A stretch of DNA of 64,000 nt from Candidatus Micrarchaeota archaeon (lineage in GTDB: Archaea > Micrarchaeota > Micrarchaeia > Norongarragalinales > Norongarragalinaceae), in contig CAYOZI010000001.1 of NCBI GenBank assembly GCA_964408425.1, forward strand, positions 8,861 through 72,860, read 5' to 3'. The translations under genes were made by a program, and so were the position numbers. Shown one piece after another: positions 45,042 to 55,089 of the stretch (within the stretch, counting starts at the first letter, position 1; each line of letters starts with the position of its first letter). The notes beneath the pieces were generated by a model that worked only from the letters and a program-made list of their open reading frames with translations, searched no databases and was not told where the DNA came from.

Positions 45042-46496
45042 ATGGTTCAACTCATTAAAAACAGTTTCTTACTCGCGCTCGCCGCAATCCTTTTTGCATC
45101 AACCGCTTTCGCCTTCACGGCGCAGGAACACGCGGAGTTTTTCGCCAGGGAAGGCGAAACCGCGAACGCCACTCAATTCGACTCTTACTACATGGTTTTG
45201 GTAAACGGGGTGGAACAGGCGGTTTTGAAGAAAAGCGGAAACGATTTCGTGGTAGTCGAATCTGAAAGTGAATTGGAAACCGCGGTGGTAAAATACTCGC
45301 AAGCTGTTTTCGAGGACGAGTTGAAACCCGCAATAGCCCAAATCGGAATTGCTTTCGACGCGTTGAACGCAACGGTCGACACGTGCATTTACGGCTCGAA
45401 AAGGTATTCGTCGAAAACCAGGGGCGGGATTTACGCTTATTACAACATCCGCAACGACGCAATCCACTTTCCGGCGCAATACTCTGCAATAAAGTACATC
45501 GACACGAACATCGCCCAGTACGAGGAAGACTGGGAGGCGGCAAAGGAAGGCGTTGGCGTGCTGAAAAACTCCGCTTCAAACGCCGACTCCGCTTTGGAAG
45601 CGGCTGCAAACGCGCGAAACGGCTTGACGCCCGTCAAAAACGGATATGCAAAGTTTTACGAAGCCTACAAGAATGCAACCGAACTGGACGAGTATGCATA
45701 CAACTGGCAGACGATAGAATACCCGTGCGAGCCGACTTCCGACTTCAACTTGAAAATGGACGCCGTGCTGGGCGCCATATCCTCAAGCAAATTCAATTCG
45801 AAAGACAGGCTGGTTTCCCAAATCAAAACCCAAATGGCGGAAAGGCTGGTGGAATACAACCAGAACAAACAGGAGGAAGGCGCGACGCTCGTTGCCGGAG
45901 AATTGAACGACGAGGCGCAGGCGGTGAAAAGCAAGTTTTCGGTGTTCGGGGTTGAATTGACCGGATTGAGCAACGAGATAACCAACGTGGCGAACAGCGT
46001 CGGCACCCCGGCGTTCGACAACGCTTCGAAAAACCTCGAACAGCACATCACCAAATACGAAGCGGTTTATGGGGATTACAACCTCACGAAATTCGCCATA
46101 ACTCAAGCGGAACAGTTTTTGAGGCAGGATACGGAGAAATACGGATCCACCGACGACAGGATCACCGACTTGAACAGGCAGCTGAACGACGTTAAAATCT
46201 CGTTGAGGGAAAACGAGAACACGCTCAAGGCGGGAAACGTCGACGCCGTCAACCTTTCTGCCCTAAGCCAGAACGCCACTAAAATCATGCTTTCCGCCCA
46301 AAACCTCCCGCCGAAAGAAGGGCAGCTTGATTTGGTCACGATAGGAGGAATACTCATGCTTATACTCGTAGGCGCTGGCGCCGTTTGGTATTTCAAGAGA
46401 AAACAATCGGGCGCAGGGCCTTTGATCCAACCGCCTTCGTTCAGCCTTCCGAAGAGGGAAAGCGTTTCTCTCGAAGACATCGAGAAAATGGATTGA
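45042..46496 (+). CDS. Secreted helical/coiled-coil protein with C-terminal membrane anchor
   Basis: Signal peptide ending AFA; heptad-rich body; TM segment followed by KRKQ. Confidence 0.75.
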   Translation: MVQLIKNSFLLALAAILFASTAFAFTAQEHAEFFAREGETANATQFDSYYMVLVNGVEQAVLKKSGNDFVVVESESELETAVVKYSQAVFEDELKPAIAQIGIAFDALNATVDTCIYGSKRYSSKTRGGIYAYYNIRNDAIHFPAQYSAIKYIDTNIAQYEEDWEAAKEGVGVLKNSASNADSALEAAANARNGLTPVKNGYAKFYEAYKNATELDEYAYNWQTIEYPCEPTSDFNLKMDAVLGAISSSKFNSKDRLVSQIKTQMAERLVEYNQNKQEEGATLVAGELNDEAQAVKSKFSVFGVELTGLSNEITNVANSVGTPAFDNASKNLEQHITKYEAVYGDYNLTKFAITQAEQFLRQDTEKYGSTDDRITDLNRQLNDVKISLRENENTLKAGNVDAVNLSALSQNATKIMLSAQNLPPKEGQLDLVTIGGILMLILVGAGAVWYFKRKQSGAGPLIQPPSFSLPKRESVSLEDIEKMD

Positions 46497-46550
46497 GCTG
46501 GAGAAACTAAAACACTATTTTTAACCAGCTGCGGCCAATAGTTTAAAAGA

Positions 46551-46702
46551 GGGGGATTGGGGTAGCCTGGCATCCTTCCAGCTTTGGGGCACTTTTTTGC
46601 CGCGGGCAAAAACCTGCACTAAAAAGGGCAAAACAGCTGGAGACCTGAGTTCGAAAGCTTTTCTTTCAAGGAAAGGAAAAACCGAATCTCTCAGATCCCC
46701 CA
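46551..46702 (+). tRNA. tRNA-Pro (TGG) with two introns: ~46 nt at 37/38 (46589..46634) and ~33 nt in the T-loop (about 46656..46688)
   Basis: Acceptor GGGGGAT/ATCCCCC; CCAGC-TTTGGG[..]A-GCTGG; CTGAG-TTCGAA[..]T-CTCAG. Confidence 0.9.
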
Positions 46703-46725
46703 CTCGCCAAAAAGGTTTTGGAAAA

Positions 46726-47352
46726 ATGGAGTTCAAGCCAGCCTCTTACGGAAAATGCCCCCTGCCCGACAAGGGAAAGCTTTTGGACAGGCTCAAGCCG
46801 GGCGTGCTCAACCGCGTCGCCATACGCCGCCATGCCATAGTGACCACCGCCCTTTCTTTCGGCATAGCGGGCGAGTTGGAAAAACGGGGCTTTAAGCTGA
46901 ACGGGAAAATGCTGGAAACCGCCCACATTGCAAGGGCGTTGTCCCTAAGGCTCCGCAAGGTCACGGGATTCGAAAGGGAGAAGGCAATCCTCGCCGCTGG
47001 AGAGCTTATGAAACGCCAAGGGCATCCCGAACTGGCTGAAATGGTTTCCAAATACTATTCGCTCCACGAGCCCGGAATAATCCGGAAACTCAAGCTGGAA
47101 GACGTGCCTTTCCTCATGGCGGGGTATATGACGAGAGAGGTTGAAACCGGGGCCGGAAAAACCCACAGGATAATGCACCCGGAAAGGGCGTTCGAAATAC
47201 TCTGCGAGCAACAGCCGGAAAGAAGGGAGTTTCTGGAAAAAGAGTACGAAAACGTGAAGATTCTCACGAAATGGCTTGAGAAAAACGGCGTAAACTTGAA
47301 AGTAATCGCGAGAAAAATAAACTTCGAACTCACTCGCGGGGACTACGGCTGA
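46726..47352 (+). CDS. Hypothetical protein, possibly a degenerate HD-fold protein
   Basis: IRRHAIVT...GELMKRQGHPELAEMV pattern without an intact HD dyad; start placed after the tRNA. Confidence 0.55.
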   Translation: MEFKPASYGKCPLPDKGKLLDRLKPGVLNRVAIRRHAIVTTALSFGIAGELEKRGFKLNGKMLETAHIARALSLRLRKVTGFEREKAILAAGELMKRQGHPELAEMVSKYYSLHEPGIIRKLKLEDVPFLMAGYMTREVETGAGKTHRIMHPERAFEILCEQQPERREFLEKEYENVKILTKWLEKNGVNLKVIARKINFELTRGDYG

Positions 47353-47356
47353 AAAA

Positions 47357-48244
47357 TCACTTTTTTTTCTTTTTCCCGCCGAAATTGCCGCGGGGCTTCG
47401 GGATCTTCAAATCAGGATAGACGCCCGCAATCGATTCGAGCGTTACGAACGGGGGAAAACCGGCGTGTTCGAAACAGCGCAAATACAAAGCTTCCCTTAA
47501 AACCTCTTTTCCCTCGGAAGTCGATGAGAATTCCGCAATCCCAGGCTCTATTTTCGAAGCTTCGCCCAAAAGGGCCGGCAGTTTCGCAAAGCTCTTCCTC
47601 ACCTGAAAAGAATTCAATAGGGCGGAAACCGCGTTTTCGAAACCATCGTCGTTCGAGGAATACAAAGACGGGAGCTTTTGGTTGGTTGAAGAGAAGATTC
47701 CCGCCAAGCCTAGCAAAACCTCCTTCTTCTCGGTCTTTTCCAAATCCACTTTTTTCACAGCAACCCAATCCCCGTAATTGGCCGCCAGCCTCACTTCCCT
47801 TTTGGAAGGATTTCCCTTTTGCGAAAACGCAAGGCTCGATGGAAAGATTTTTTTCCACATGCAGAAAACGAAATAGGAAAAAGCGAAATCGACAGGGTCT
47901 CCCTTGGGTTTTTTGAAATTCACGTCGCTCGCGTCCAAAGGCTCCATTTGAAGTTTGAGCGTGACGCACTCCCTCAGCCTTCCCTCCAAAACCCCGGGCT
48001 TTATAGGGGATAAGATCGAGCAAACGTCTGAAATGGTTTTGGGGTTTCCGTAAGAAGAAGCGATAGCCTCGATTTTCTTTAATTCCAAGGGCGCGAAGTC
48101 GAACATTTTTATCCAAGCTATGCTTCGCGCGTTGAAAACAAGCTTGGCGACCGAACTCTTGTCGAAAGCGCCCTGCAACTTCTCGTCGCATTTAGCGCCT
48201 TCTAAAGCGGAAGAAAACCAGAGGAAATCCAATGCGCTTCTCAC
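47357..48244 (-). CDS. DUF2666-like archaeal protein
   Basis: AANYGDWVAVKK...LAGI.SS.N.K region and C-terminal YPDLKIPKPRG; end of exosome operon. Confidence 0.65.
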   Translation of the reverse strand: MRSALDFLWFSSALEGAKCDEKLQGAFDKSSVAKLVFNARSIAWIKMFDFAPLELKKIEAIASSYGNPKTISDVCSILSPIKPGVLEGRLRECVTLKLQMEPLDASDVNFKKPKGDPVDFAFSYFVFCMWKKIFPSSLAFSQKGNPSKREVRLAANYGDWVAVKKVDLEKTEKKEVLLGLAGIFSSTNQKLPSLYSSNDDGFENAVSALLNSFQVRKSFAKLPALLGEASKIEPGIAEFSSTSEGKEVLREALYLRCFEHAGFPPFVTLESIAGVYPDLKIPKPRGNFGGKKKKK

Positions 48245-48247
48245 CGC

Positions 48248-48469
48248 TTAAAACGAAGAAATCAGTTTCTTCGCGGCTGCACCCACGCTGGTTTCCGGCT
48301 CGTAAGCCCCGCCCGCGAACAAAGCGCCGCAAGCCCTGCACTCCCAGCGCGCGAAACCCTTTCTCTTCACCTTCTTCTTTCCGCACTTGGGGCAAGCGTA
48401 CTTCAAAGACTGTTTTCTCTTGACTTCTTTGTACTTCTTGCGAAGCTTCACGCCATACCTGGAAACCAT
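48248..48469 (-). CDS. rpl37ae: 50S ribosomal protein L37Ae (eL43)
   Basis: RYGVKLR, CPKC...WECRAC and FAGGAY. Confidence 0.96.
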   Translation of the reverse strand: MVSRYGVKLRKKYKEVKRKQSLKYACPKCGKKKVKRKGFARWECRACGALFAGGAYEPETSVGAAAKKLISSF

Positions 48470-48503
48470 TTTTCAAAACACCCTTTTTTGGAATTAAACG
48501 GAA

Positions 48504-49280
48504 TCAAATCGCGTTGAACAACGCCTTCGATTTTTCGAAAGCCAAGTCCATCAAACCCATGATTTCCTGCTTTGAAAAACCCGCTGACCCGGACTTTTGC
48601 CCGCAGCACACCATACCGTCGTCCGTAACGCCGATAGTCAGCCTTCCGTTGCTCGCAACTTCCTCGCTGTCGCTCGCGTCGACGATCAGCTTCCCGCCGA
48701 TTTTTTCGAACGAGCACGTCAACGCACTTCGTTTCAAAGGCATTTCGCCGACGAATTCATCCCGAATGAGCTTTCCAGTTTCCTTGTCGATTTTCGGCAC
48801 TCTAGCGCTTTTCAAAGCGGCCATAGCCGCCAAAGCTGCGGTATCCGTCAGATTCCCGCAATGGTCGAGAACTTGCAAGTCGATGAAAACAGCCATTACC
48901 TTCTCTTCAGACCGGTCGAAAGCCGAAGAGTCGATGCAATCCGCACTGCGAATCGCCCTGTCCACAACCCTTGCGAGTTCGATCGAATTCGCGTCAGGCG
49001 GGCCCGGCTCGAAATCATCGTGCGCCATGGGCGAAAACTCGCAGCCCACCATCACGACAGCCTCGTCGGGCCTGTCGGGAAAAGGAGTCATCAAGTCGAA
49101 CTTCACTCCGCACAACACTTTGGTATTGCCAATCTGCGCCAACGCCGAACCCTCGGCATTCTGCACGAAGCCTTTCGCTACGGATGCGGTCCGGTATTCG
49201 TCGAAATTCCTTCCGTCCTCTCTCTTTCCGCTCTTCACCAAATCGGAAATGAAAGCGGCAGTAACTTCCTTAATCAACAT
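48504..49280 (-). CDS. rrp42: Exosome subunit Rrp42
   Basis: REDGR, AEGSA, PFPDRPDE and ELARVVDRAIR. Confidence 0.95.
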   Translation of the reverse strand: MLIKEVTAAFISDLVKSGKREDGRNFDEYRTASVAKGFVQNAEGSALAQIGNTKVLCGVKFDLMTPFPDRPDEAVVMVGCEFSPMAHDDFEPGPPDANSIELARVVDRAIRSADCIDSSAFDRSEEKVMAVFIDLQVLDHCGNLTDTAALAAMAALKSARVPKIDKETGKLIRDEFVGEMPLKRSALTCSFEKIGGKLIVDASDSEEVASNGRLTIGVTDDGMVCCGQKSGSAGFSKQEIMGLMDLAFEKSKALFNAI

Positions 49281-49283
49281 TTT

Positions 49284-50054
49284 TCATTCACCCGTTTTTT
49301 CATCGTTTGGCGAGCTTTCGATTTCCTCGAAAACCGCCTGGTATTTTTCCTTCAACGCTTTTTCCTGAAGCTCACGAATTTTCTTTGACGCCTTCCAACC
49401 CATGTCGAAAGCCCGTTCCAATTCCTCTTTCGAAAGCAACCCGTCCATTTGATACAATAATATCTCGCCGTTCCTCGGGGCGAAAACCATGGGAATGTCG
49501 CTGCTTCCCAGATTGTCCTCGTACTTGTCTAGATCCAGCACCAATTCGCCTGCAACCTTCCCTACGCTCACTCCGGCGACCAGATCGCGCATGGGAATGC
49601 CGGCGTCCGCAAGAGCAACGCTCGCGGCGGTTAGGGAGGCTATCCTCGTCCCGCCGTCGCTTTGCACGACTTCCATGTGAACGTCAATCATTGTTTTAGG
49701 AAACAGGTTCGTGAGAACGACGTTTTCAAAAACGTGCTTCACGACCTTCGAAATCTCGATGCTCCGCCTGTTGGGCCCGCTTCTCCCGTGGTCTTCCAAA
49801 CCAGAGAACGGCGTCATGATGTAACGAGCATTTATCAGCGCCTTGTAATTGTTCGTCAAGTGCTTGGGAAAAACCTCGTGAGGCCCGTAAACCGCGGCAA
49901 AAACCTTGTTTTTGCCCCACTCGACAAAAGCGCTTCCGCGCGCTTGCTTGAAAACGCCCGCCTTGATTTTTATCTCGCGCAAATCCTCGAACCCGCGCCC
50001 GTCGTACCTCTTCCCGTTCTTAATCAAATCCTCTTCTTTCAAAACTACAGTCAT
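49284..50054 (-). CDS. rrp41: Exosome exonuclease Rrp41
   Basis: RYDGR, VYGP, RRSIEISK, DGGTR and LDLDKYED. Confidence 0.96.
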   Translation of the reverse strand: MTVVLKEEDLIKNGKRYDGRGFEDLREIKIKAGVFKQARGSAFVEWGKNKVFAAVYGPHEVFPKHLTNNYKALINARYIMTPFSGLEDHGRSGPNRRSIEISKVVKHVFENVVLTNLFPKTMIDVHMEVVQSDGGTRIASLTAASVALADAGIPMRDLVAGVSVGKVAGELVLDLDKYEDNLGSSDIPMVFAPRNGEILLYQMDGLLSKEELERAFDMGWKASKKIRELQEKALKEKYQAVFEEIESSPNDEKTGE

Positions 50055-50662
50055 TCTTTACCACCATGTTGCAAAAATGCAGTCATCCTGTCCGTCAGCC
50101 CCGAAACGTGGGCTTCCCTGCAAATTTTTAAAATCGCTATTACCGCCAACGCCGTATTCCCCCCCTTCAAATACAACCTTCCGTTCTGCCCTACGAAAAT
50201 CTCGGATTGCGCATGTTGTTTGATGAGGGAAATCATCGAAGCGTTCTTTCCTATCACTCTCGGGACTTTGACAGGCTCGATTTCCAAAACCTCGCCGTCC
50301 CAAAACCTTCTCGGTTCCGAAAGCAACGCCTCCCCTATTTCGTCAACGCTGAATACTTTAGAAGAAACCACGTCGCCGATCTTGAACTTTTCCCGCGTAT
50401 CTCTCGCAGAGATTTTCCCTTCGAACGGGGAGTTCAAGTCGACCATCCAGCCGTAAAAACCCTCTTCCTTTACCACTCCGATGATGTAATCCCCCCTTTT
50501 CGGGAAGTACTGCCCCTTCAGGGGAATCAAGCGTTCGCTGTCAACCATTCCCATTACGGCGGAATAGGTCTTTCCATCTTCCACGTAAACCCCTTCACCC
50601 CGATACGCTTTCTCGGAAACCAAAGCGCCGGGCACTACCAAATTCTTCAAATTCATTTTCAC
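50051..50662 (-). CDS. rrp4: Exosome RNA-binding subunit Rrp4
   Basis: VVPG, S1 domain, KH-type PRVIGKNASM and VGQNG. Confidence 0.93.
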   Translation of the reverse strand: MKMNLKNLVVPGALVSEKAYRGEGVYVEDGKTYSAVMGMVDSERLIPLKGQYFPKRGDYIIGVVKEEGFYGWMVDLNSPFEGKISARDTREKFKIGDVVSSKVFSVDEIGEALLSEPRRFWDGEVLEIEPVKVPRVIGKNASMISLIKQHAQSEIFVGQNGRLYLKGGNTALAVIAILKICREAHVSGLTDRMTAFLQHGGKE

Positions 50663-50685
50663 CCGTTTTTCTCAAAAACAAAATT

Positions 50686-51378
50686 TCATTTCAACTGTTT
50701 CGTCTGCACGCTTCCGCCAGTCATTTTGTTCAGCTTGTCGAAAAACTCCCCTTGCATTCCAGCGGGAATTTCGCAAACGCAAACCAAATCCCCTTCCTTA
50801 GTCCATTCTTCTTTTTGCAATCCGTATTCCTTCAAAGTCCCGTAAGCCCTGCCTGAATGCTCGGCGGGAATCTTGATTGCAATCTTGATTTTCTCCAGCG
50901 AAATGGGGATTATTTCCCTTATCGACTCGATCGCTTCCAGCATCTGCTCTTCCGCGCTTTTGAAGGCGTCGAACGAAAACTTCGCCTGGTCCAAAGCGTT
51001 CTGGATTCGAATCACGGGAATGGGCGTTTTCGCCCTCGGGTCAATCGCGTTCTTCGCTATTAATGCGATGACCCTAGTTTTCTTTTCCTCCAGCAATTTC
51101 CGCCTCTGGTCGGTCGTTAACTGCAATTCCCCATCCTTGAAAATCATCTTGGCGACGTCGAGAACGTTTTCAGTCCCGAACGCCTTTTTCAAAGCGGCTC
51201 CGGTCTGCCTCTCGCCTTTGTTCGCGTCCTTGAAAACCTCTTCGGCCATCAAAACGTTCGCGATATCCTTTCTCACGCCCGTCTTGTAATCGAACCCGAG
51301 CTTCGGGTCGACGAGAATCTCGAACTTCTCACCGCCTTTCTCCAGGCGCGCTATGATTGTATTCTCTATTCCGCTCAT
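50686..51378 (-). CDS. sdo1: Ribosome maturation factor SBDS/Sdo1
   Basis: FEILVDP, GELQLTTDQRR and IPAGMQ. Confidence 0.95.
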   Translation of the reverse strand: MSGIENTIIARLEKGGEKFEILVDPKLGFDYKTGVRKDIANVLMAEEVFKDANKGERQTGAALKKAFGTENVLDVAKMIFKDGELQLTTDQRRKLLEEKKTRVIALIAKNAIDPRAKTPIPVIRIQNALDQAKFSFDAFKSAEEQMLEAIESIREIIPISLEKIKIAIKIPAEHSGRAYGTLKEYGLQKEEWTKEGDLVCVCEIPAGMQGEFFDKLNKMTGGSVQTKQLK

Positions 51379-51384
51379 GAAACC

Positions 51385-52098
51385 TCAACTGGTTTTCAAT
51401 AACGAAGCGATTTTATCGGCGTTCAAAAACTCCACTTTCTTTACGCCCGTCCTTACGAGTGCCCCGTCGACGAGTTCAGGAGCGAGTTTTCCATCTGAAA
51501 CTTTCTTCAACGCCTTCATACACAACTTCAAGCCCTCTTCCAAAGAAAGGCCTTCCTTGTACTCCTTTTCGAACAATTCTTCAACCACTTTCTTTCCGCT
51601 GCCGATTGCGGTAGCACGGTATTCAAACAAAGCCCCGCTCGGGTCTGTTTCGAATAACCTCAACTCCCCGTCAGCCCCGGCTATCAATAACGATACGCCG
51701 TAAGGCCTGACGCCCCCGTATTGGGTGTAAGCCTGGATGTGGTCGCCCACTTTCTTGGAAAGCATTTCCACGCTTATCGCTTCATCGTAAGTCAACCTGT
51801 GTTTTTGCGCTTCCAAGCGGGACATGTCGACGAGTTTTCTGGCATCTGCAACCAAACCTGAAGAAGCGGCTACGATGTGCGAATCGATCTGGTAAATCTT
51901 CTCGTGGCTTCCGCCTACGAGCAGTGAAGAAGAAAGGCGTTTTTGGGCGAGAAGGATGACTCCGTCCTTGCAAACCATTCCTACGCTCGTGGCGCCGGTT
52001 TTCACGGCTTCCCGCGCGTATTCCACTTGGAACAGCCTTCCGTCTGGAGAGAAAACGGTAATGGCACGATCGTAAGCAGACTGGCTCGGGGGGTACAT
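51385..52098 (-). CDS. psmA: Proteasome alpha subunit
   Basis: YDRAITVFSPDGRLFQVEYA, SGLVADA and RPYGVSLL. Confidence 0.97.
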   Translation of the reverse strand: MYPPSQSAYDRAITVFSPDGRLFQVEYAREAVKTGATSVGMVCKDGVILLAQKRLSSSLLVGGSHEKIYQIDSHIVAASSGLVADARKLVDMSRLEAQKHRLTYDEAISVEMLSKKVGDHIQAYTQYGGVRPYGVSLLIAGADGELRLFETDPSGALFEYRATAIGSGKKVVEELFEKEYKEGLSLEEGLKLCMKALKKVSDGKLAPELVDGALVRTGVKKVEFLNADKIASLLKTS

Positions 52099-52277
52099 AA
52101 TTCAATTCACCTCAATTTTTCTTTACAAATGCCTCGAAAAAAGGCTTTGCTGTCCTAAAACCACCTTAAAACCTGAAAAAGAGTGAAGCTCGCAGGCCTC
52201 AAAAACTCGTTTTTCTTTTTCCTTTTACAGAAAGCTAAGGCGGAAAACCATATTTATAAGTTTGTTTTCGGGAGGAA

Positions 52278-52700
52278 TCAAAGTTCCTTCAAAAGCGACA
52301 GCCTGTAGAGCTTGAAACCGCGTTTTTTGTACATTTTCAAGGCCGTCTTGTTTGCAGGATGGACAGTCAGGGAAACGCTCCCGATTCCCTTGCTCCTAAG
52401 AGCGGCAAGGCATTTCTCAAACAACGCCGTTCCAACCCCTTTCTTACGCCATTTTTCAGCCACGAAAAAGCTCGCAATGTAAGAAGTGCTGGAATCGGTG
52501 AAGCTGAGCCTCTTTTCGGCAACTATGGCGCCTATGAGCTTTCCCTCGCTCTCGGCTACAAAACAAGTGCCCTGAATGCGGTTTTTGAAAGCGGCTCTGA
52601 AAACTTTCAGGCCCTGAGAGAAAGCGGTTTTGGGAAAAACTTCGGAGTCGAGCTTTGCAATGCGCAATACGTCGCTGGTTTTAGCAAGCCGAATTTTCAT
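52278..52700 (-). CDS. GNAT family N-acetyltransferase
   Basis: V...WRKKGVGTAL motif A and N..A..MY.K.GF. Confidence 0.88.
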   Translation of the reverse strand: MKIRLAKTSDVLRIAKLDSEVFPKTAFSQGLKVFRAAFKNRIQGTCFVAESEGKLIGAIVAEKRLSFTDSSTSYIASFFVAEKWRKKGVGTALFEKCLAALRSKGIGSVSLTVHPANKTALKMYKKRGFKLYRLSLLKEL

Positions 52701-52704
52701 TTAC

Positions 52705-53013
52705 TCATCTCGTTCTTTTCGAAGGAGTGAAGGAGCCTTTGACTTCCTTAACCCTCAGCGCCACGTTTTTCCCTTCGAAAAACCGCTTTAATGCAAGAGC
52801 GGCTATCGTCCTCTCCAGGAGTTTAGTCGAGCATTTGATTACTGCCTCCTGCTTTTCCGAATCGAATTGCTTGAAGGCGAAAGCCGCTTCCCCTGCCCCG
52901 GCTTCCCCCAGTATTTCAAGAACCGCTTGGGACAACAACCTTTTCGCGGAAATCTCGTCAAGCTTCTCCTCGCTTTCGACGGCAACAGTCACGTAACGTT
53001 TTTTCTCTCTCAA
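52705..53013 (-). CDS. rnp2: RNase P protein Pop5/Rpp14
   Basis: REKKRYV, LGE.G; superoperon position; start inferred (TTG). Confidence 0.8.
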   Translation of the reverse strand: MREKKRYVTVAVESEEKLDEISAKRLLSQAVLEILGEAGAGEAAFAFKQFDSEKQEAVIKCSTKLLERTIAALALKRFFEGKNVALRVKEVKGSFTPSKRTR

Positions 53014-53077
53014 AACAACCCAACCCCTTCGAGAAAACCTGTTTTGTTTATTAATCCGCCAAGGCAATTTAATAGCT

Positions 53078-53500
53078 ATGGAGAAACCCCACGTTTTCGA
53101 AAGCCTCAACCCCCAGCTCGAGCGCATAATGCTCACAAAACCTTGCGTGGTAATCGACTTGACTAAACCCGCAGGCTCTAAAACCCACTTTGAAACCGAA
53201 ATGGGAAGCAAGCTCGACAGGGCTTCAGACCTACTCGTAGTCAAGGGCATTCACGACATCGGAGTGGGCGTAATCGTGGGCAGGATCAAAAGGCGGGTGA
53301 ACAGGAATCCCGACTCGCACATATTCATTTACGGCTTTCACAAGGGAATCTACGCCCTGTCGAGAAGCTTGAGGAAATACAAGCTCAGCCACGGCGTGGT
53401 CGTATCCCAGCAGCAGCTCAAGGAATTCGGCAAGCTGAAAAACCTGGGCAGGGAAGTCACGGCTAAAGAGCTAGCCGACGTTCTTAAGGAAGACCTCTAG
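53078..53500 (+). CDS. Hypothetical protein
   Basis: ATG ORF divergent from rnp2 that fills the gap. Confidence 0.6.
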   Translation: MEKPHVFESLNPQLERIMLTKPCVVIDLTKPAGSKTHFETEMGSKLDRASDLLVVKGIHDIGVGVIVGRIKRRVNRNPDSHIFIYGFHKGIYALSRSLRKYKLSHGVVVSQQQLKEFGKLKNLGREVTAKELADVLKEDL

Positions 53501-54031
53501 TTTTTTGAAAGCCTTCGAACGGTGGTTTTGCTCGAACAAAAACTCATTCAAATCGCTTTTTGAAAAAGCGGCTACCGGAGTTTTGAAGCCCGAAGGAATG
53601 AAAACGCTCAAGTAAGGCAAGTGCGGTATTTTCCGTTTAGCCGGCTTTTCTGCAATCCTACCCCTGCACACGCCCTTGAACAAACGCACGTTCTTACCGT
53701 CGCAATAGCCCGCAATCGTCCGGAAAAAAGCTTTCCTTCCGCCGCATTTCCTTGAGAAACCGCCCAAACCAAGCCTGTTGAAGACACCCTTGCTGTTCAA
53801 GCCTGGATATCCCTTGAACCCTTCGACGAACAGCCCCGTATCCTCTACCACCACGGGCTTCCCGGTTTTTTCGAACGCGTCCCACGCTTTCCTCACGACG
53901 AGCTGCTCATGGGAAAGCGTCTTGTCCTCGTGCAGATCAAGCGGGATTATTTTCACGTTCAGTTTCTTCATAATCCGCTTGACTTCCTTGGCTTTCCCCC
54001 TGTTGGAAGTGGCGAAAAGGACTGTTTTCAA
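53471..54031 (-). CDS. Non-canonical purine NTP pyrophosphatase (RdgB/HAM1/ITPase)
   Basis: FATSNRGKAKE, VEDTGL, GYPG and NHRSKA. Confidence 0.92.
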   Translation of the reverse strand: MKTVLFATSNRGKAKEVKRIMKKLNVKIIPLDLHEDKTLSHEQLVVRKAWDAFEKTGKPVVVEDTGLFVEGFKGYPGLNSKGVFNRLGLGGFSRKCGGRKAFFRTIAGYCDGKNVRLFKGVCRGRIAEKPAKRKIPHLPYLSVFIPSGFKTPVAAFSKSDLNEFLFEQNHRSKAFKKLEVFLKNVG

Positions 54032-54051
54032 TCATATCCCCAGAAAAAAGC

Positions 54052-54522
54052 TCAGTAAACGACCTTGCAGTTGGATTTCAGCAGGAACGAAAGCACCTGG
54101 CGCGTCGGGATAAAATCTGGAGAAATACCCAGTTCGTACTCCCCTTGCGCAGAGCGTTTCTTTTTGAATAACAGGGAAGGCTCGACGCCGAAAAAGAATT
54201 CCAGCCACTTTTCCCTGCTCACTTCCGCCGCTTTCACGAACTCCACGTCATTCCACTTCATCGATTGCGAACCGCGCTTGTCCGAAACGGTTATTTTTTC
54301 CGAATCGATTTTCACGAACCAGTCCTGGGAATCGGCAGCGCTTCCCCAAAGCTGGCCGAAAGTATCCAAAGCAAACAATCCCGACAACACCGCCAAAACG
54401 ACTATCCAAGGGTTCGAAAGGGTTATCGGGTATAGGTACAGAGACAGCAGGAATACCGCCAGGTAAAAGAAAAACTCGGCGTAAAACCGTCCTGCAATCC
54501 TCGCCTTGAATTCCACGCTCAT
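54052..54522 (-). CDS. Membrane protein (two TM plus a possible PH-like beta domain)
   Basis: Two N-terminal TM helices, then KIDSEKI...MKWNDV. Confidence 0.62.
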   Translation of the reverse strand: MSVEFKARIAGRFYAEFFFYLAVFLLSLYLYPITLSNPWIVVLAVLSGLFALDTFGQLWGSAADSQDWFVKIDSEKITVSDKRGSQSMKWNDVEFVKAAEVSREKWLEFFFGVEPSLLFKKKRSAQGEYELGISPDFIPTRQVLSFLLKSNCKVVY

Positions 54523-55053
54523 TTAACTCCCCCTCTTCGAACGTTTTTCCGTTCCCGGCTTGACTCTGGGCTTGTCCAGTTTTGCAAAAAACCACACCAA
54601 TACGAGTAACCCCAGAGAAACCAGGACACCATCGCTAAGGACACGAATCAAGCTAGTTTGGTAATACTGCAGCGTACCTTGAAAAACCCAGGTAAACAAG
54701 TTTTGACAAGAACTGTTTAAGTAAGCCTGAATGTCGCCGGGCAGAAATCCAAATTGCGGATTCACGCACAAATCAACATAAGTTTGGTAAGAAAAATCGA
54801 GAACGTCGGCAACAGGGGCTTTAAACAACGCCATCAACATGCCGGCAAAGGAAACCATCGCCACTTGCAGCCGCAAGTTTGAACCCCACTCCTTCGAAAA
54901 AACCTTGTGAAAAGTCCAACCAACTGCCAAAGCGAAAAGCACAATGGACAGCAAGCTAATAAAACCGCCTACCGGAATTAAAACAGAGTCAAGTAGTTGG
55001 TAAGAAAACGCTACAGCTAAAGCAAACAAAACAACCGAAAGCCACTTGTTCAT
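54523..55053 (-). CDS. Multi-pass membrane protein
   Basis: Four hydrophobic segments and a basic tail. Confidence 0.62.
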   Translation of the reverse strand: MNKWLSVVLFALAVAFSYQLLDSVLIPVGGFISLLSIVLFALAVGWTFHKVFSKEWGSNLRLQVAMVSFAGMLMALFKAPVADVLDFSYQTYVDLCVNPQFGFLPGDIQAYLNSSCQNLFTWVFQGTLQYYQTSLIRVLSDGVLVSLGLLVLVWFFAKLDKPRVKPGTEKRSKRGS

Positions 55054-55089
55054 TAAAGCCCAACCTCTCAACGGATTACCAGAACCTGG

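Noticed and set aside
46597..46725. 5' part of ORF 46597..47352
   Set aside because: It runs through the double-intron tRNA-Pro; the true start is probably ATG 46726.
53014..53250. N-terminal extension of ORF 52705..53250
   Set aside because: It overlaps the divergent + strand gene; Pop5 similarity begins at REKKRY.
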